A stretch of DNA of 64,000 nt, taken from a bacterium (GTDB taxonomy: Bacteria > Krumholzibacteriota > Krumholzibacteriia > LZORAL124-64-63). The stretch covers positions 1-64,000 of the forward strand of contig JANOEP010000027.1 of the NCBI GenBank assembly GCA_031441465.1, given 5' to 3'. A model generated the notes under the pieces. It was given only the letters and a program-made list of their open reading frames with translations. It was not told where the DNA came from and did not search any database. Positions within the stretch are counted from its first letter, which is position 1. Every line of letters starts with the position of its first letter. Below are positions 8,268 to 17,361 of this stretch, one piece after another. Made by a program: the position numbers and the translations under genes.

Positions 8268-9668
8268 TCACTCGTGCGGCATCCGCTCGCCCGCGCTCGA
8301 GAAGAACTTCTGCACCGGGTAGCGCGACAGGTTGCTGACGCGGCTGGTGTAGATGCAGGCGACGTCGCGGATCTGGGCGCCGAAGCGGCTGACCGCCCGC
8401 CCCTCGCGGAAGATCGAACCCCACCAGGGGTTGTAGGCCGCGGCGATCCGCTTCTGCAACTGGGCCCGGCGGCCCAGGCTGGCCTGGATGCGGTCCTGCA
8501 GCTCCTGCACGACCACGGGGTCGTGGTCGGGCACCGTCAACAGGTGGTCGCGCTCCAGACCCAGGTCCTCCAGCGCGTCCTCGATCTCCTCGAGGTCGGC
8601 CACCGTCCCGCGCAGCGGCTCCGCGGCCAGGATCTCCTCCTCCACTTCGGGCACGATCATAGCGGTGCGCCAGCCGACCGACTTCTTGCTGCGCAGGATG
8701 TCGCCGTAGGTGTGGTCGCCGAAGTAGAGGATCGCGTCGCCCAGCGCGCCGAGCTTGGACTCCAGGTAGAACGCGTCGCCGCCGGTGAAGCAGAGTCCCC
8801 GGCGGTTCGGCAGGTGCGGCACCGTGTCGGGCGGGATTCGCTCGCCCTTGCCCTTGGGCAGGAAGAACCCCGGCTTGCGCGCGGTGCAGATGACCAGGTC
8901 GAAGAATTCGTCCCAGGCGGCGCCCGGCTCGCCGAGGATGTAGTTCATGACGGCGCCGGTGTAGTCGGGCTCGGAATTCGTGAGCAGGAACAGCTTCTTG
9001 CCCGCCTCGCGGAACCGGCGCAGCGTCGGCGCCAGCAGGGGATCACGCACGAAGTAGCGGGGCAGGTCGGCCATGATGCGGCGCTTCAGCGAGCCGTCGC
9101 GGTGGATGGTGTCGATGGCGTCGCGGATGTCGTCGAACAGCGTCTTGTAGCTTGGGCGCAGCAGCCCGGGCTGTCCGTCCTTCAGGGCCACCAGCGCCGA
9201 GTAGAGCGAGCCTTCTGGCAGGTCGAAGAGCGTGTCGACGACGCGGTAGCGGTTCGGGCTCAGCCGGATGCGGCCCCGCTTGTAGGCCTCGCGGCGCTCG
9301 GTCTTCGACAGCAGCCGCCCGCCGTGGCGGACCCGCGCCACGTAGCCGTAGGCGTCCACCTTGACCAGGTTGCCCAGACGGCGGTCGACGATCAGGCCGC
9401 GGGTGACGGCGGTGCGGTCGTAGGCCACGCCGCGCAGGCTCTCGGGATAGCCCTTGTTCTCCACCAGCAGTGCGACGGCCATCTCGAAGCAGAGCTGCTC
9501 GAAGACGTGGGGGTCGTAGAGGGCCAGCGTGTGGTCCATGTCGAAACCGATGGCCGCGATCGAGGCCAGGCGCAGGTTGCGGTGCGTGTGGACGCGCAGG
9601 TGGCGCTGCAGGGGATCGCCGGGAAGGTTGTCGGCCTCGGGGCGGAATGGTGCGTGGTGATCGGACAT
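8268..9668 (-). CDS. HAD-IG family 5'-nucleotidase (cN-II-like)
   Basis: GFDMDHTLALY, RGLIVD..GNLVKVD, FLLTNS, ARKPGFF, YFGDHTYGDI..GWRT and IYTSRVSN. Confidence 0.9.
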   Translation of the reverse strand: MSDHHAPFRPEADNLPGDPLQRHLRVHTHRNLRLASIAAIGFDMDHTLALYDPHVFEQLCFEMAVALLVENKGYPESLRGVAYDRTAVTRGLIVDRRLGNLVKVDAYGYVARVRHGGRLLSKTERREAYKRGRIRLSPNRYRVVDTLFDLPEGSLYSALVALKDGQPGLLRPSYKTLFDDIRDAIDTIHRDGSLKRRIMADLPRYFVRDPLLAPTLRRFREAGKKLFLLTNSEPDYTGAVMNYILGEPGAAWDEFFDLVICTARKPGFFLPKGKGERIPPDTVPHLPNRRGLCFTGGDAFYLESKLGALGDAILYFGDHTYGDILRSKKSVGWRTAMIVPEVEEEILAAEPLRGTVADLEEIEDALEDLGLERDHLLTVPDHDPVVVQELQDRIQASLGRRAQLQKRIAAAYNPWWGSIFREGRAVSRFGAQIRDVACIYTSRVSNLSRYPVQKFFSSAGERMPHE

Positions 9669-9684
9669 CGTCTCTCCGGAGCGC

Positions 9685-11088
9685 CTAGGTTGTCTGCAGA
9701 CGGCGCGGGAGCATCTCGTCCAGCCAGTCGCTCGCGTCGCGCAGGCCGACGAATTCGGGGAAGAGGGTCTCGATCTTGGCGCGCCAGCTCTTGGCGTTGT
9801 CGCGGAAACCCAGTTCCTCCAGGACCTGCCCGCCCCTGAGCCAGGCCGACAGGTTCCGCTCGTCGGTCGTGACCGCCCGCAGGTAGTAGCCCAGGGCGCG
9901 GCGTTCCTCGCCCCGCAGCCGGTCGCACTCGGCCTTGCCGAGCCAGGCGTGGGAGTAGAGAGGCGCCAGGTCCAGGGCCCGGTCGAAGCGGCGTTCCGCC
10001 GCGTCGGCGTTCCCGTCGAGCAGATCCAGGAGTCCAAGGTAACGCCACGGGTAGAGGTCGCGCCAGCGTTCATCCGTGTCCGGCGCCGCGCCGACCGAAG
10101 CCAGGCAGGCCTCGAGGTCGCGCGTCGCCAGCTTGCGCAGACTGGACGCCGCGACCAGGGTGAGATCCGCGTCGTCGCCCCGCGCCAGGTGACGGACGGC
10201 CGCCACGGCGCGGCGGAATCGCAACTCGGCCCGATCGGGGTAGATCTCCAACGCGTCGCGCACGATGTCGAGCGCGGCGGCGGTCTCCAGCCGCGCGATC
10301 ATCGCGGCGCTGAGCAGGCCTGCCAGATCCGGCCCGTAGGCCAGCGCCGCAGCGGCCGCCGGCGTCATCCCGCGCACCGTCTCCCAAGCCCGCTGCAACT
10401 GGCGCACCGTCTTGCCCAGCCCCGCGACGGGCAGCACCTCGTCCTCGAGGCGGGTCAGGGTCTCGGTCGCCAGGCAGTAGGCGAAGTAGGGTTCGTAGGG
10501 GTACTCGCGGGAAGCTTCGCGCAGCAGGCGGCGGTTGCGTTCGCCGCGGTTCGCGGCCCGGTCGGGACCGCCGTCGTGGATCAGCGCGAGCTGCGAGCCC
10601 CTGATCCCGAGCCCGCGGGCGGTCGCCCAGTTCTCCAGGGCGATCTCCACCGTCTCGTGGACCGGGTAGCAGTAGCGGACGTAGGGGTGGTTGCGGAACA
10701 GGCGCACCTGGGTCGCCGTCTCGTCGCCGCGCTCCTGGCCGCCGGCGAGGATCGCCACCCGGTAACCGGCGGCGTCCGGCTCCGACAGCAGGCGCTGCAT
10801 CTCGACCGGGCGCACCGGCTGCAGGCGCTCGTCGGCGTCCAGCACCAGGATCCAGTCGCAGCGGGCCTCGGCCAGCACGGCGTTGCGCGCCGCGGCGAAG
10901 TCGTCTTCCCACGGGACGTCGACCACGCGGGCCCCGTAGCCCTCGGCGATCAGGCGCGTGTTGTCGGACGAGCCCGTGTCGCCGATGACGATCTCGTCGA
11001 CCACCGCCAGGGCCGACTTGATGGTCTGGCCGATGGTCGATTCCTCGTCCTTGGCGATCATGCACAGCGTGACGGTTTTGCGTTTCAT
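9685..11088 (-). CDS. Family 2 glycosyltransferase with C-terminal TPR repeats
   Basis: TLCMIAKDEE, DTGSSDNT, DFAAARN, LVLDADE and RLFRN..VHE, followed by TPR-like helices. Confidence 0.88.
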   Translation of the reverse strand: MKRKTVTLCMIAKDEESTIGQTIKSALAVVDEIVIGDTGSSDNTRLIAEGYGARVVDVPWEDDFAAARNAVLAEARCDWILVLDADERLQPVRPVEMQRLLSEPDAAGYRVAILAGGQERGDETATQVRLFRNHPYVRYCYPVHETVEIALENWATARGLGIRGSQLALIHDGGPDRAANRGERNRRLLREASREYPYEPYFAYCLATETLTRLEDEVLPVAGLGKTVRQLQRAWETVRGMTPAAAAALAYGPDLAGLLSAAMIARLETAAALDIVRDALEIYPDRAELRFRRAVAAVRHLARGDDADLTLVAASSLRKLATRDLEACLASVGAAPDTDERWRDLYPWRYLGLLDLLDGNADAAERRFDRALDLAPLYSHAWLGKAECDRLRGEERRALGYYLRAVTTDERNLSAWLRGGQVLEELGFRDNAKSWRAKIETLFPEFVGLRDASDWLDEMLPRRLQTT

Positions 11089-11159
11089 ATCGCGGGTCGC
11101 ACCTGATCGTGATGGTGGTTCAAGGCCGCTCCTTCGCCTCCGGCGCTCCCTCGAAGATG

Positions 11160-11186
11160 ATATCGGCCGGCGACGGCTCCGGTTTA
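11160..11186 (-). promoter_or_regulatory. Sigma28 (FliA/SigD)-type promoter of the GT2-TPR gene
   Basis: TAAA-N15-GCCGATAT compared with consensus TAAA-N15-GCCGATAA. Confidence 0.65.
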
Positions 11187-11279
11187 ACCCGCTGTTGCCA
11201 GAAAGACGATTCTTCCGCATCATGCCCGGCAACGGGCCGCCGGACGGCCCCACCGGACCCACGGCCACCGGGGACCCCC

Positions 11280-11828
11280 ATGCGCTTCAGCGACGACCCC
11301 TTCGCCCGCCCCGCCGACCGGCTCGACCGCGCCTCGCTGGCCGGCCGGGACCGGATGCCCGTCACGGCCCTGCTCGACGGCATCCGCAGCGCCGGCAACG
11401 TGGGTTCGATGTTCCGCACCGCCGACGCCGCCAACCTCGGCGGGCTCTACCTCTGCGGCATGACCGCCACCCCCCCGCGCCCCGATATCGAAAAGACGGC
11501 GCTCGGCGCCACCGAGACCGTCCCCTGGGACTACCGGCAGGATCCGGCCGCCGCCGTCGCCGACCTGCGGGCGCGCGGCATCCAGGTCGTCGCCCTGGAA
11601 CAGGCGCCGGGGGCTGTGTCCTTCGAGGACTTCCCCTACCGATTCCCGGTCTGCTTCGTCGTCGGGCACGAGGTCAGGGGCGTCGGATCCGCGACGCTGG
11701 CAGCCGTCGACGCCTGCGTGGAGATCCCGATGGCCGGCGCCAAGAAGTCCCTCAACGTCGCCGTGAGCTTCGGCGTGCTGGCTTTCCACCTGCGCCGCGT
11801 GTGGCTGACCGCCGGGAGCCCGCCTTGA
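11280..11828 (+). CDS. TrmH/SpoU-family RNA methyltransferase
   Basis: SPOUT motifs NVGSMFRTAD, VVGHEVRGV and IPMAGAKKSLNVAVS. Confidence 0.9.
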   Translation: MRFSDDPFARPADRLDRASLAGRDRMPVTALLDGIRSAGNVGSMFRTADAANLGGLYLCGMTATPPRPDIEKTALGATETVPWDYRQDPAAAVADLRARGIQVVALEQAPGAVSFEDFPYRFPVCFVVGHEVRGVGSATLAAVDACVEIPMAGAKKSLNVAVSFGVLAFHLRRVWLTAGSPP

Positions 11829-12436
11829 GCGCCCCGCGCCCGGGTCGCCGAGCGAGCGACCGACCGCCCTACCGATCTCCGTGGCGGCACCGCGCCTTCG
11901 TGCTGGCCGTGGCGGCGGTCCGCGTCCTGCTGGCGCGGGCCGGCCGGTCGGACGAGTTCCTGATCCGCCGGCTCGTGACGGACAACAACCGCCGCGTCGA
12001 ACGCCGCCTCGCGGCCCACGGCGCCGCGACGGTGCTGCTGATCCTGCCGCGGTGCGTCAAGCGGGGCTGCTGCAAGCTCGACAACGGCGGTTCGCTGTCC
12101 GTCTGCCTCGGCTGCGACCTCTGCGACCTGGGCGCGCTCGCGCGCATCGCCGAACTCCACCGGGTCGATGCGCTGGTCGCCTTCCGCAGCCACGTCGCCT
12201 TCGCCCTGGCCCGGGAGCGCCGGCCCGACCTGATCATCGCCACCGCCTGCGGGGACCGTCTGCTCAAGGCCCTGCGCAACGTGCCGGAAATCCCGGCCCT
12301 GCTCGCACCGCTGACCGGCATGGAGCGCATGTGCGTCAACGCCACCTTCGACCCCGCGTGGTTCGCGGCGCAGCTGCGCCTGGCGACGGCGAAGAGGGAG
12401 GCGGAGCATGACGCGCACGCGACGGCTCGGGCGTAG
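11825..12436 (+). CDS. DUF116-family Cys-rich protein
   Basis: LPRCVK..C..CLGCDLCDLG..IIATAC..C pattern. TTG start overlaps the trmH stop. Confidence 0.7.
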   Translation: MSAPRPGRRASDRPPYRSPWRHRAFVLAVAAVRVLLARAGRSDEFLIRRLVTDNNRRVERRLAAHGAATVLLILPRCVKRGCCKLDNGGSLSVCLGCDLCDLGALARIAELHRVDALVAFRSHVAFALARERRPDLIIATACGDRLLKALRNVPEIPALLAPLTGMERMCVNATFDPAWFAAQLRLATAKREAEHDAHATARA

Positions 12437-13376
12437 GCTGCTGGGCTCGTCGTTCGACTACCTGCTCTTCCTGCGCCCGCGGCAGTGGCCCATCCTGACC
12501 GCCCAACTGGCGGTCGGCGTGCTGGCCGCCCCGACGGTCCACGCGGCGATCGTCACGCTGCTGCTGCCGGTGAACCACCTGTCGGCGGCGCCGGCGCGCC
12601 CGGTCGCCCTGCTGCTGGCCTGGTTGGCCTGGGTCCTGTGCCTGAACGGAGGCACGCTGGCCTTCAACAGCGCCCACGACCGCGACGAGGACGACATCGC
12701 CTACCTGCGCGCCCCGCCGGCGCCGCCGCCCCGCCTGGCGGCGTTCTCCCTGGGCCTGATGGCGGCGGGCCTGGTCCCCGCGCTGCTGGTCTCGCCGCGC
12801 TTCGCCCTGGTGACCGCCGTCTGCATGCTGCTGTCGGTCGGGTATTCGCACCCCGCGACGCGCTGGAAAGGCGTGCCGGGCCTGGATCTCGCGGTGAACA
12901 TGGCGGGCTACGGGATGGGCACGACGCTGGCCGGTCTGTTGGCGGGCCAGGCGGCGGCCGGCGGTTCCGACGCGTGGCCCGGCGGCGCGGGTTGGCTGCT
13001 GGCCGGCGGCTTCGCCCTGCTGTTCGGCTCGTTCTACCCGATGACCCAGCTCTACCAGATCGAGTCCGACCGCGCCCGCGGCGACCGCACCCTGGCCACC
13101 TCCCTGGGCGTGACGCGCTCGCTGGACCTGGCCCTGCTGCTCGCCGTCGGCGCGGCGGTTCTGCTGGTCCGGGCCCAGACTGCCGGATCGGCGCCGCAGC
13201 CGACCCTGATCCTGACGCTGGCGATGTGGTTCCTCGTGACGGCGCTGTGGCGCCGGCAGGCGCCGGGCCTGGCGGCGCGCCGGCACGAAGCCCGCATGTA
13301 CGCGGCGTTGGTCGTGTGGGTGTTGATCGATGCGGCGGTGCTGGTCGGGCTCTACGCCGAACTCTGGACGGCCTGA
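12408..13376 (+). CDS. UbiA-family membrane prenyltransferase
   Basis: Multi-TM protein with NSAHDRDEDD (NxxxDxxxD), YS.P..RWK and YQIESDRARGDRT motifs. Confidence 0.8.
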   Translation: MTRTRRLGRRLLGSSFDYLLFLRPRQWPILTAQLAVGVLAAPTVHAAIVTLLLPVNHLSAAPARPVALLLAWLAWVLCLNGGTLAFNSAHDRDEDDIAYLRAPPAPPPRLAAFSLGLMAAGLVPALLVSPRFALVTAVCMLLSVGYSHPATRWKGVPGLDLAVNMAGYGMGTTLAGLLAGQAAAGGSDAWPGGAGWLLAGGFALLFGSFYPMTQLYQIESDRARGDRTLATSLGVTRSLDLALLLAVGAAVLLVRAQTAGSAPQPTLILTLAMWFLVTALWRRQAPGLAARRHEARMYAALVVWVLIDAAVLVGLYAELWTA

Positions 13377-13380
13377 GCCC

Positions 13381-14475
13381 TCAGAACTGGGCGCGCCAGC
13401 GGCGGTCGAGCACGCCGCCCGGCTGCACGCCCAGGGCCTCGAACTCCGCGAGCACCCGGTTGATCAGGCGGGCCTTGTCGGCGAGCGGCAGGAACGCGCT
13501 CTTGAAGCCGTCGAGCAGGATCTTGGTGACCTGCTCCACGCTCAGGGCGTAGTGGGCCACGGCCAACTCCAGTTCGTGGGTCATCGTGGTGCCCGACACC
13601 AGCCGGTTGTCGGTGTTCAGGGTGACCCGCAGCCCCTCGTCCAGGAAGCGCTTGATGGGATGGTCCGACCAGCGGGCGATCGCCCGGGTCTGCATGTTGC
13701 TCGCGAGGCACACTTCCACCGCGATGCGGCGGTCGTTGACCCACTGCATCAGATCGGGGTCGCGGACCAGGTTGGTGCCGTGCCCGATCCGGTTGGCGCC
13801 GCAGTAGTGGATGGCCTGGTGGATGCTCTCGGGGCCGAACGCCTCGCCCGCGTGCACCGTGACCGGCAGGTTGTGGTTGAGCACCACGAAGAAGGCCTGC
13901 CGGTGGTCCTTGGCGGGAAAATCCTTCTCGGCGCCCGCCAGGTCGAAGGCCACCACGCCCCGCCCCTTCCAGCGCACCGCCAGCTCCGCCAGTTCCACCG
14001 ACGAGGCGGGCGAAATGTGTCGGATCCCGCAGATGATCTGCCCGGTGACGATGCCGTAACGCCGGCGCGCCAGGTCGAGGCCGCGCTGCACCGCGGCGAC
14101 GATCTCGTCCAGGGTCAGCCCCCGCACCGTGTGCAGCATCGGCGAGTAGCGCACTTCCATGTAACGGATGTTCTCGCGGTGCGCGTCCTCGGCCAGTTCG
14201 AAGGCGATCCGTTCGATGTCGCCGGCGTGCTGCATGAGCTGCAGGGTGATGTCGAAGACCTTGAGGTAGTCCTCGAGGCTCTCGCACTGCTCGCCCACCT
14301 CGCAGACCGCGCGCACGTCGTCGTCGTCGCGGAAGGCGAAGGGCAGGTCGTGGCGCGCCGCCAGTTCGCGGACCGTGGCCGGGCGCAGCGAACCGTCCAG
14401 GTGGACATGAAGGTCGGTCTTGGGGAGGGCGTGCAGGAGTTGGCTGGTGGCCCTGTCGGTCACGTCGGTCGTCAT
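13381..14475 (-). CDS. add: Adenosine deaminase
   Basis: PKTDLHVHLDGS, YMEVRYSP, FDLAGAE, TVHAGE, RIGHG and LNTDN. Confidence 0.93.
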   Translation of the reverse strand: MTTDVTDRATSQLLHALPKTDLHVHLDGSLRPATVRELAARHDLPFAFRDDDDVRAVCEVGEQCESLEDYLKVFDITLQLMQHAGDIERIAFELAEDAHRENIRYMEVRYSPMLHTVRGLTLDEIVAAVQRGLDLARRRYGIVTGQIICGIRHISPASSVELAELAVRWKGRGVVAFDLAGAEKDFPAKDHRQAFFVVLNHNLPVTVHAGEAFGPESIHQAIHYCGANRIGHGTNLVRDPDLMQWVNDRRIAVEVCLASNMQTRAIARWSDHPIKRFLDEGLRVTLNTDNRLVSGTTMTHELELAVAHYALSVEQVTKILLDGFKSAFLPLADKARLINRVLAEFEALGVQPGGVLDRRWRAQF

Positions 14476-14510
14476 CGCGATGCTCCTGTCGAACACCCGG
14501 GGGTCATAGC

Positions 14511-14549
14511 ATCCTGGGCCGGGGACCCCTTTGGGACCCGGCCCAGGAT
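14511..14549. terminator. 13-bp perfect GC hairpin without a U-tract, between the candidate RNA and add
   Basis: ATCCTGGGCCGGG-N13-CCCGGCCCAGGAT. Confidence 0.55.
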
Positions 14550-14816
14550 AGAAAGCGCCGATGCGGGCGATGGTCCTCCAGGCCTGAAGGCGACTCATTT
14601 CCCCAGGCACTGATGCCGGCCGCTCCGCAGCCACGAGTCAAGCTGCGTGGGACCGCACCGACCCTGTGCTGACAGGCTGGGCCTTCAGCGAATGATGATA
14701 CCTCGCCACCAACCCGAAGGCAACCCGTAGGTTGTGACGGCGAAATTGTCCCCGGCCGGACTCGTTCTGTCACCCGGGCCTGGACCTTGGACTTTCGGAC
14801 CGGCAGCCTCTTTCCC
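14550..14816 (-). ncRNA. Candidate ~267-nt structured RNA of unknown family
   Basis: Nested end-to-end stems with G-U pairs that work only on the minus strand, C(UACG)G and C(UUCG)G tetraloops, and a possible 7-bp pseudoknot. A -10-like TAAGAT ends 6 nt before the 5' G. Confidence 0.6.
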
Positions 14817-15189
14817 GATGGAATCTTAACTGTCATGAACATAAAGTCTTATCCGGTGAGCGGCTCCACGCCCGCCGCCGATACTGCCTGGGTTCGACTC
14901 GCCGCGCCCCTTCCGGCGGCGAGCCTTCCGTCCCTCCTCACGATTCGAGCGATCCGACTTCCTGCCGAGTCTGCCGATCGTGAGACCGTCACTGCCGCGG
15001 CCGACCGGTCGAGCCCGATGCGCCGTGCGTTCGCTGCTTGTCCGCTCGCGAATCGCCTGGCCTGGACGGTGTGACTGCACTTCCTGATCCCAGGGACAAT
15101 CTCCCGGTCACAACCTGGACAACACCCTGGTGAAGCAGTATCTTCCATTCGCAGCGATGGACCCCCACCGCCCCGAAAGGAGCGCGAGC

Positions 15190-15987
15190 ATGCGTTCGCT
15201 CCCGAGTCCGACTCGGCCCCTCGCCGGTTTGGTCCTGATGGCGTTGCTCCTGGGCCTGGCGCCCTCGGTTTCCCACGCCCAGGACCCGGCCGCCGCCGCC
15301 GCGCCCGCCGACAGCGTTCAGGCCCCGGCGCCCACCCGGCTGCGGCACCCCTCGCTCCTGGCCGCCTCGGCGTCGTTCGTCCATCTGCTACCCCTGCACA
15401 TCCTCAAGGAGAATGTCGCCGACATCAACGACCTGACCACGGCGGGTACGGGGGTCATGGCCGACATCCGGGTGAACGTCCTGGACGGACTGGCCCTCTC
15501 GGTCGGCGGCATGCGCGGCGGCTTCGGGCTGCGCGACAACAAGCCCGGCGAGATGTCCGCGATCAACGAGCGGTTCGTCGACAGCGACCCCATCACTCCG
15601 GACAACTACCTCCGGCTCGACGGCGTCTTTTTGAACGTCACCGCGTACCTGGGCAACAAGATCACGCCCAACTCCCGCTTCAACCCCTACATGCGGGGCA
15701 GCGTCCTCTACTACGACTGGGCCCTGCACGAGGACGGACGCGGCAGCGACGTCGTCACCTACCAGGACCAGGCCCTCGAAGGCCAGAACCTCGGCTTCGG
15801 CGCCGGTTTCGGCACCGAGTACCGGTTGAACTCACGGGCGAACCTGGACCTGCAGTTGCTCTGGGGATACGTCCTGACCGGCGACGAGATCAAGTGGGAG
15901 GGCCTGCAGTCGCCGTTCAACGAGAGCTACTACTGGACGAACACCCACTTCTGGAACCTGTCGCTGGGACTGGTGATCGGGATCTGA
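15190..15987 (+). CDS. Outer-membrane beta-barrel protein
   Basis: Signal peptide (..SVSHA|Q), alternating beta strands (FNPYMRGS, GFGAGFGTEY) and a terminal strand WNLSLGLVIGI. Confidence 0.7.
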   Translation: MRSLPSPTRPLAGLVLMALLLGLAPSVSHAQDPAAAAAPADSVQAPAPTRLRHPSLLAASASFVHLLPLHILKENVADINDLTTAGTGVMADIRVNVLDGLALSVGGMRGGFGLRDNKPGEMSAINERFVDSDPITPDNYLRLDGVFLNVTAYLGNKITPNSRFNPYMRGSVLYYDWALHEDGRGSDVVTYQDQALEGQNLGFGAGFGTEYRLNSRANLDLQLLWGYVLTGDEIKWEGLQSPFNESYYWTNTHFWNLSLGLVIGI

Positions 15988-16010
15988 CCCGCGACCCTCC
16001 CGCTTGCACG

Positions 16011-16040
16011 AAGGCCGGCCCCGCGGGGGCCGGCCTTTTT
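16011..16040 (+). terminator. Intrinsic terminator between the convergent barrel gene and ahcY
   Basis: AAGGCCGGCCCC-GCG-GGGGCCGGCC-TTTTT. Confidence 0.85.
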
Positions 16041-16063
16041 CGTGCGGACGCCGCGGCCCGGGC

Positions 16064-17344
16064 TCAGGTGCCCGCGGAATAGTCGTCGGCGTAGAGGACC
16101 TGCTCGTCGGTCAGCTTGTCGAGCGACATGCCCATGGTGCGCAGCTTGATGCCGGCGATGTACTGGTCCTGCGTCTCGGGGATGTCGTGGACGTCGGCGG
16201 CGAGGCTGCCGCCCTCGTGCGCGAGCCGGACCATGCTCAGGAACTGGTTCGCGAACGACATGTCCATGACCTCGCTGGGGTGTCCCTCGGCGGCGGCCAG
16301 GTTGACCAGGCGGCCCTGCGCCAGCAGGTAGATGCGCCGGCCGTCGCGCAGGGTGTACTCCTCGCAGTTGTCGCGGATCTCGCGCTTGCCGGTCGACAGC
16401 GAGGCGAGGTCGTCGATGTTGATCTCGCAGTCGTAGTGGCCGGTGTTGCAGACGATGGCGCCGTCGCGCATGACCTCGAAGTGCCGCTTGACGATGACGT
16501 CCTTCATCCCGGTCGCGGTGATGAAGATGTCGCCGACGGCGGCGGCCTCGTCCATGGTCATGACCCGGTGGCCGTCGAGGGTCGCCTTCAGGGCGGCCGT
16601 GGCCTTGATCTCCGTGGCGATGACGCTGGCGCCGAGGCCGGACGCGCGCATCGCGCAACCCTTGCCGCAGTGGCCGTAGCCGGCGACGACGAAGTTCTTG
16701 CCGGCCAGCAGCACGCTGGTCGCACGGATGATCCCGTCGAGGCTGGACTGGCCGGTGCCGTAGACGTTGTCGAAGTCCCACTTGGTCTCGGCGTCGTTGA
16801 CCGCGATGACCGGGTACTTCAGCGCACCGTCGGCGGCCATCGCGCGCAGGCGGTGGATGCCGGTGGTGGTCTCCTCGGTGCCGCCGACGATCCCCCCGAT
16901 CAGGTGCGGGTGGCGGTTGTGGACCGAGAAGATGAGGTCGGCGCCGTCGTCGAGCGTGAGGGTGGGCTTGAAGTCGAGGGTGCGGTCGATGCACCAGTAG
17001 AACTCCTCGACGTTCATCCCGTGCCAGGCGTAGATCGAGATGCCGGCGGCCGCCAGGGCGGCGGCCACGTCGTCCTGCGTGGACAGGGGGTTGCAGCCGC
17101 TCCACGAGATCTCGGCGCCCGCGGCGAGCAGGGTCTCGATCAGGACGGCCGTCTCCTTGGTCACGTGCAGGCAGCCGGCGATGCGCATGCCCTTGAGCGA
17201 CTGCAGCCGGGCGTGCTCCTCGCGCAGGGACATCATCACCGGCATCCGGCTCTCGGCCCAGTCGATCCGGCGCCGCCCGGCCGCGGCGAGGCCGGGATCG
17301 GCCACCTTGCTGGGAACGGCGCCGGCATGCTTGTTCGTCATCAT
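16064..17344 (-). CDS. ahcY: S-adenosylhomocysteine hydrolase
   Basis: CLHVTKET, NPLSTQD, DDGAD, EETTTG, FDNVYGT, GYGHCGKG and GRLVNL..GHPSEVMDMSF. Confidence 0.96.
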   Translation of the reverse strand: MMTNKHAGAVPSKVADPGLAAAGRRRIDWAESRMPVMMSLREEHARLQSLKGMRIAGCLHVTKETAVLIETLLAAGAEISWSGCNPLSTQDDVAAALAAAGISIYAWHGMNVEEFYWCIDRTLDFKPTLTLDDGADLIFSVHNRHPHLIGGIVGGTEETTTGIHRLRAMAADGALKYPVIAVNDAETKWDFDNVYGTGQSSLDGIIRATSVLLAGKNFVVAGYGHCGKGCAMRASGLGASVIATEIKATAALKATLDGHRVMTMDEAAAVGDIFITATGMKDVIVKRHFEVMRDGAIVCNTGHYDCEINIDDLASLSTGKREIRDNCEEYTLRDGRRIYLLAQGRLVNLAAAEGHPSEVMDMSFANQFLSMVRLAHEGGSLAADVHDIPETQDQYIAGIKLRTMGMSLDKLTDEQVLYADDYSAGT

Positions 17345-17361
17345 CGTCCTCCTCTTGCGGG

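Noticed and set aside
14550..14816. Assigning the RNA to RNase P, SRP, lysine or glmS families (words GAAAGUCC, ACAGAA, AGAGGC, AAAGCGCC)
   Set aside because: These are isolated words only. The partner motifs are missing: the P4 3' strand, the GGAA/AGCAG helix 8 and the riboswitch cores.
14891..14900. GGTTCGACTC T-loop-like word suggesting a tRNA or tmRNA end
   Set aside because: No T-stem pairing, acceptor stem or CCA around it.
14504..15148. Several 84-112 aa ORFs across the add-barrel intergenic region
   Set aside because: No RBS, no motifs, no GC3 bias, and they overlap the structured RNA.
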